The position numbers and the translations under genes were made by a program. A stretch of 63,427 bases of DNA, the filler included, from Sphacelaria rigidula (lineage: Eukaryota), in the NCBI GenBank assembly GCA_964200075.2. It is 9 parts of 9 records of this genome, joined end to end, with 100 filler letters (N's around TTAATTAATTAA, not from the genome) between each part and the next. Parts side by side here need not be neighbours in the genome. Positions count along the whole stretch, not along the records: positions 56,470 to 63,427 come from CAXNAA020017210.1; 8 more parts are not named here. One strand, 5' to 3'. Below, one piece after another: positions 62,665-63,427 of the stretch (within the stretch, counting starts at the first letter, position 1; each line of letters starts with the position of its first letter). The notes below the pieces were generated by a model, which worked only from the letters and a program-made list of their open reading frames with translations, ran no database searches and was not told the origin of the DNA.

Positions 62665-63427
62665 TACCAGTTTCAAATATCAGCTGAGAAGCTCGACAAT
62701 TCAAAGCCGGTACAAAAGAAGAGAGAGCCGTTTATGGTTAAATCATTATGCGTAAGCGCCACGAACGTCTTCATGTCAGTCGACTGCGAAAAAATTGAAA
62801 AAAAGCAAACACGGGGGTACGCACACTATTTCAGGGTTGTCAACGCCGAAAACATGGTCCACAACCGATCAAAATTTGCCGATGGGACAAGTTCTCGTAG
62901 AAAGACCATACCAAAGAGTGTCGGTATACCTAGTCGACAACAGCTCCGATGTCAAACGCTGGAATACTCTGTAGATATGTACTGTCCGTAATGGACCGCC
63001 TCACAAGGTATACTTTGCTCATTCCAGTACCGAATGAACAGGCCACGTCAACAGCCAAAACTCCTATCGATAGAGGACTGCTGCCGAGATAGCCCCCCCC
63101 CACACCGGCCAAAAATGTTCACGGAGGAGATGATCATAAATGCCGTTAGAGCTGGTTTCGTGTTCCACGACGCGACGTATTTGGGCATTATGGCTGATTT
63201 CGGGCTGCTACAAGTCTTTCATGTGGCCGGCTTGCTGCAAACAAGCCCAACAGTGGGATCGCAGCCGGTTTGTCGAACAGTCTCCCGTGCACGTTTTGTG
63301 TGTCAGAAAAGTGTCGCGATGAACCCTTTGACGTGATCGCTAGAGTTGGCGCCATGGCACTTAAGCCAAGCGAGCAGACAAGCTGCTTTGGAGTGTAGAC
63401 AGAAGATGATGTTCAAGGTGCCTCTTG

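Overview
This window is not one locus. It is nine unlinked contigs of 6958-6959 bp each, joined by identical artificial 100-bp spacers (44 N + TTAATTAATTAA + 44 N), so nothing can be inferred across a spacer. The DNA is eukaryotic and repeat-dominated. A brown alga (Phaeophyceae) is my inference from the look of the LINE, SINE and Ty3/Gypsy families and from TTAGGG-type motifs; I cannot verify it. Contents: degraded LINEs, several Ty3/Gypsy remnants, Copia fragments, a tRNA-derived SINE family, many non-autonomous DNA transposons with readable TIRs and TSDs (hAT-, piggyBac-, Mutator-, Tc1/mariner-, Sola2- and Harbinger-like), microsatellites and two or three isolated candidate host exons. There is no intact gene, operon, rRNA, bona fide tRNA or CRISPR array. 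Most notable observations: (1) a 546-bp element that folds entirely into a Y-shaped three-way junction; (2) LTR-like repeats carrying a tRNA-derived Pol III cassette, reminiscent of Cassandra; (3) a fully resolvable nest of four elements with every TSD intact; (4) two diverged piggyBac-like elements whose interiors diverge in a codon-like pattern, suggesting unidentified cargo; (5) a Gypsy integrase tail with a chromodomain plus a second Tudor/PWWP-like module, followed by a possible tyrosine-recombinase remnant.
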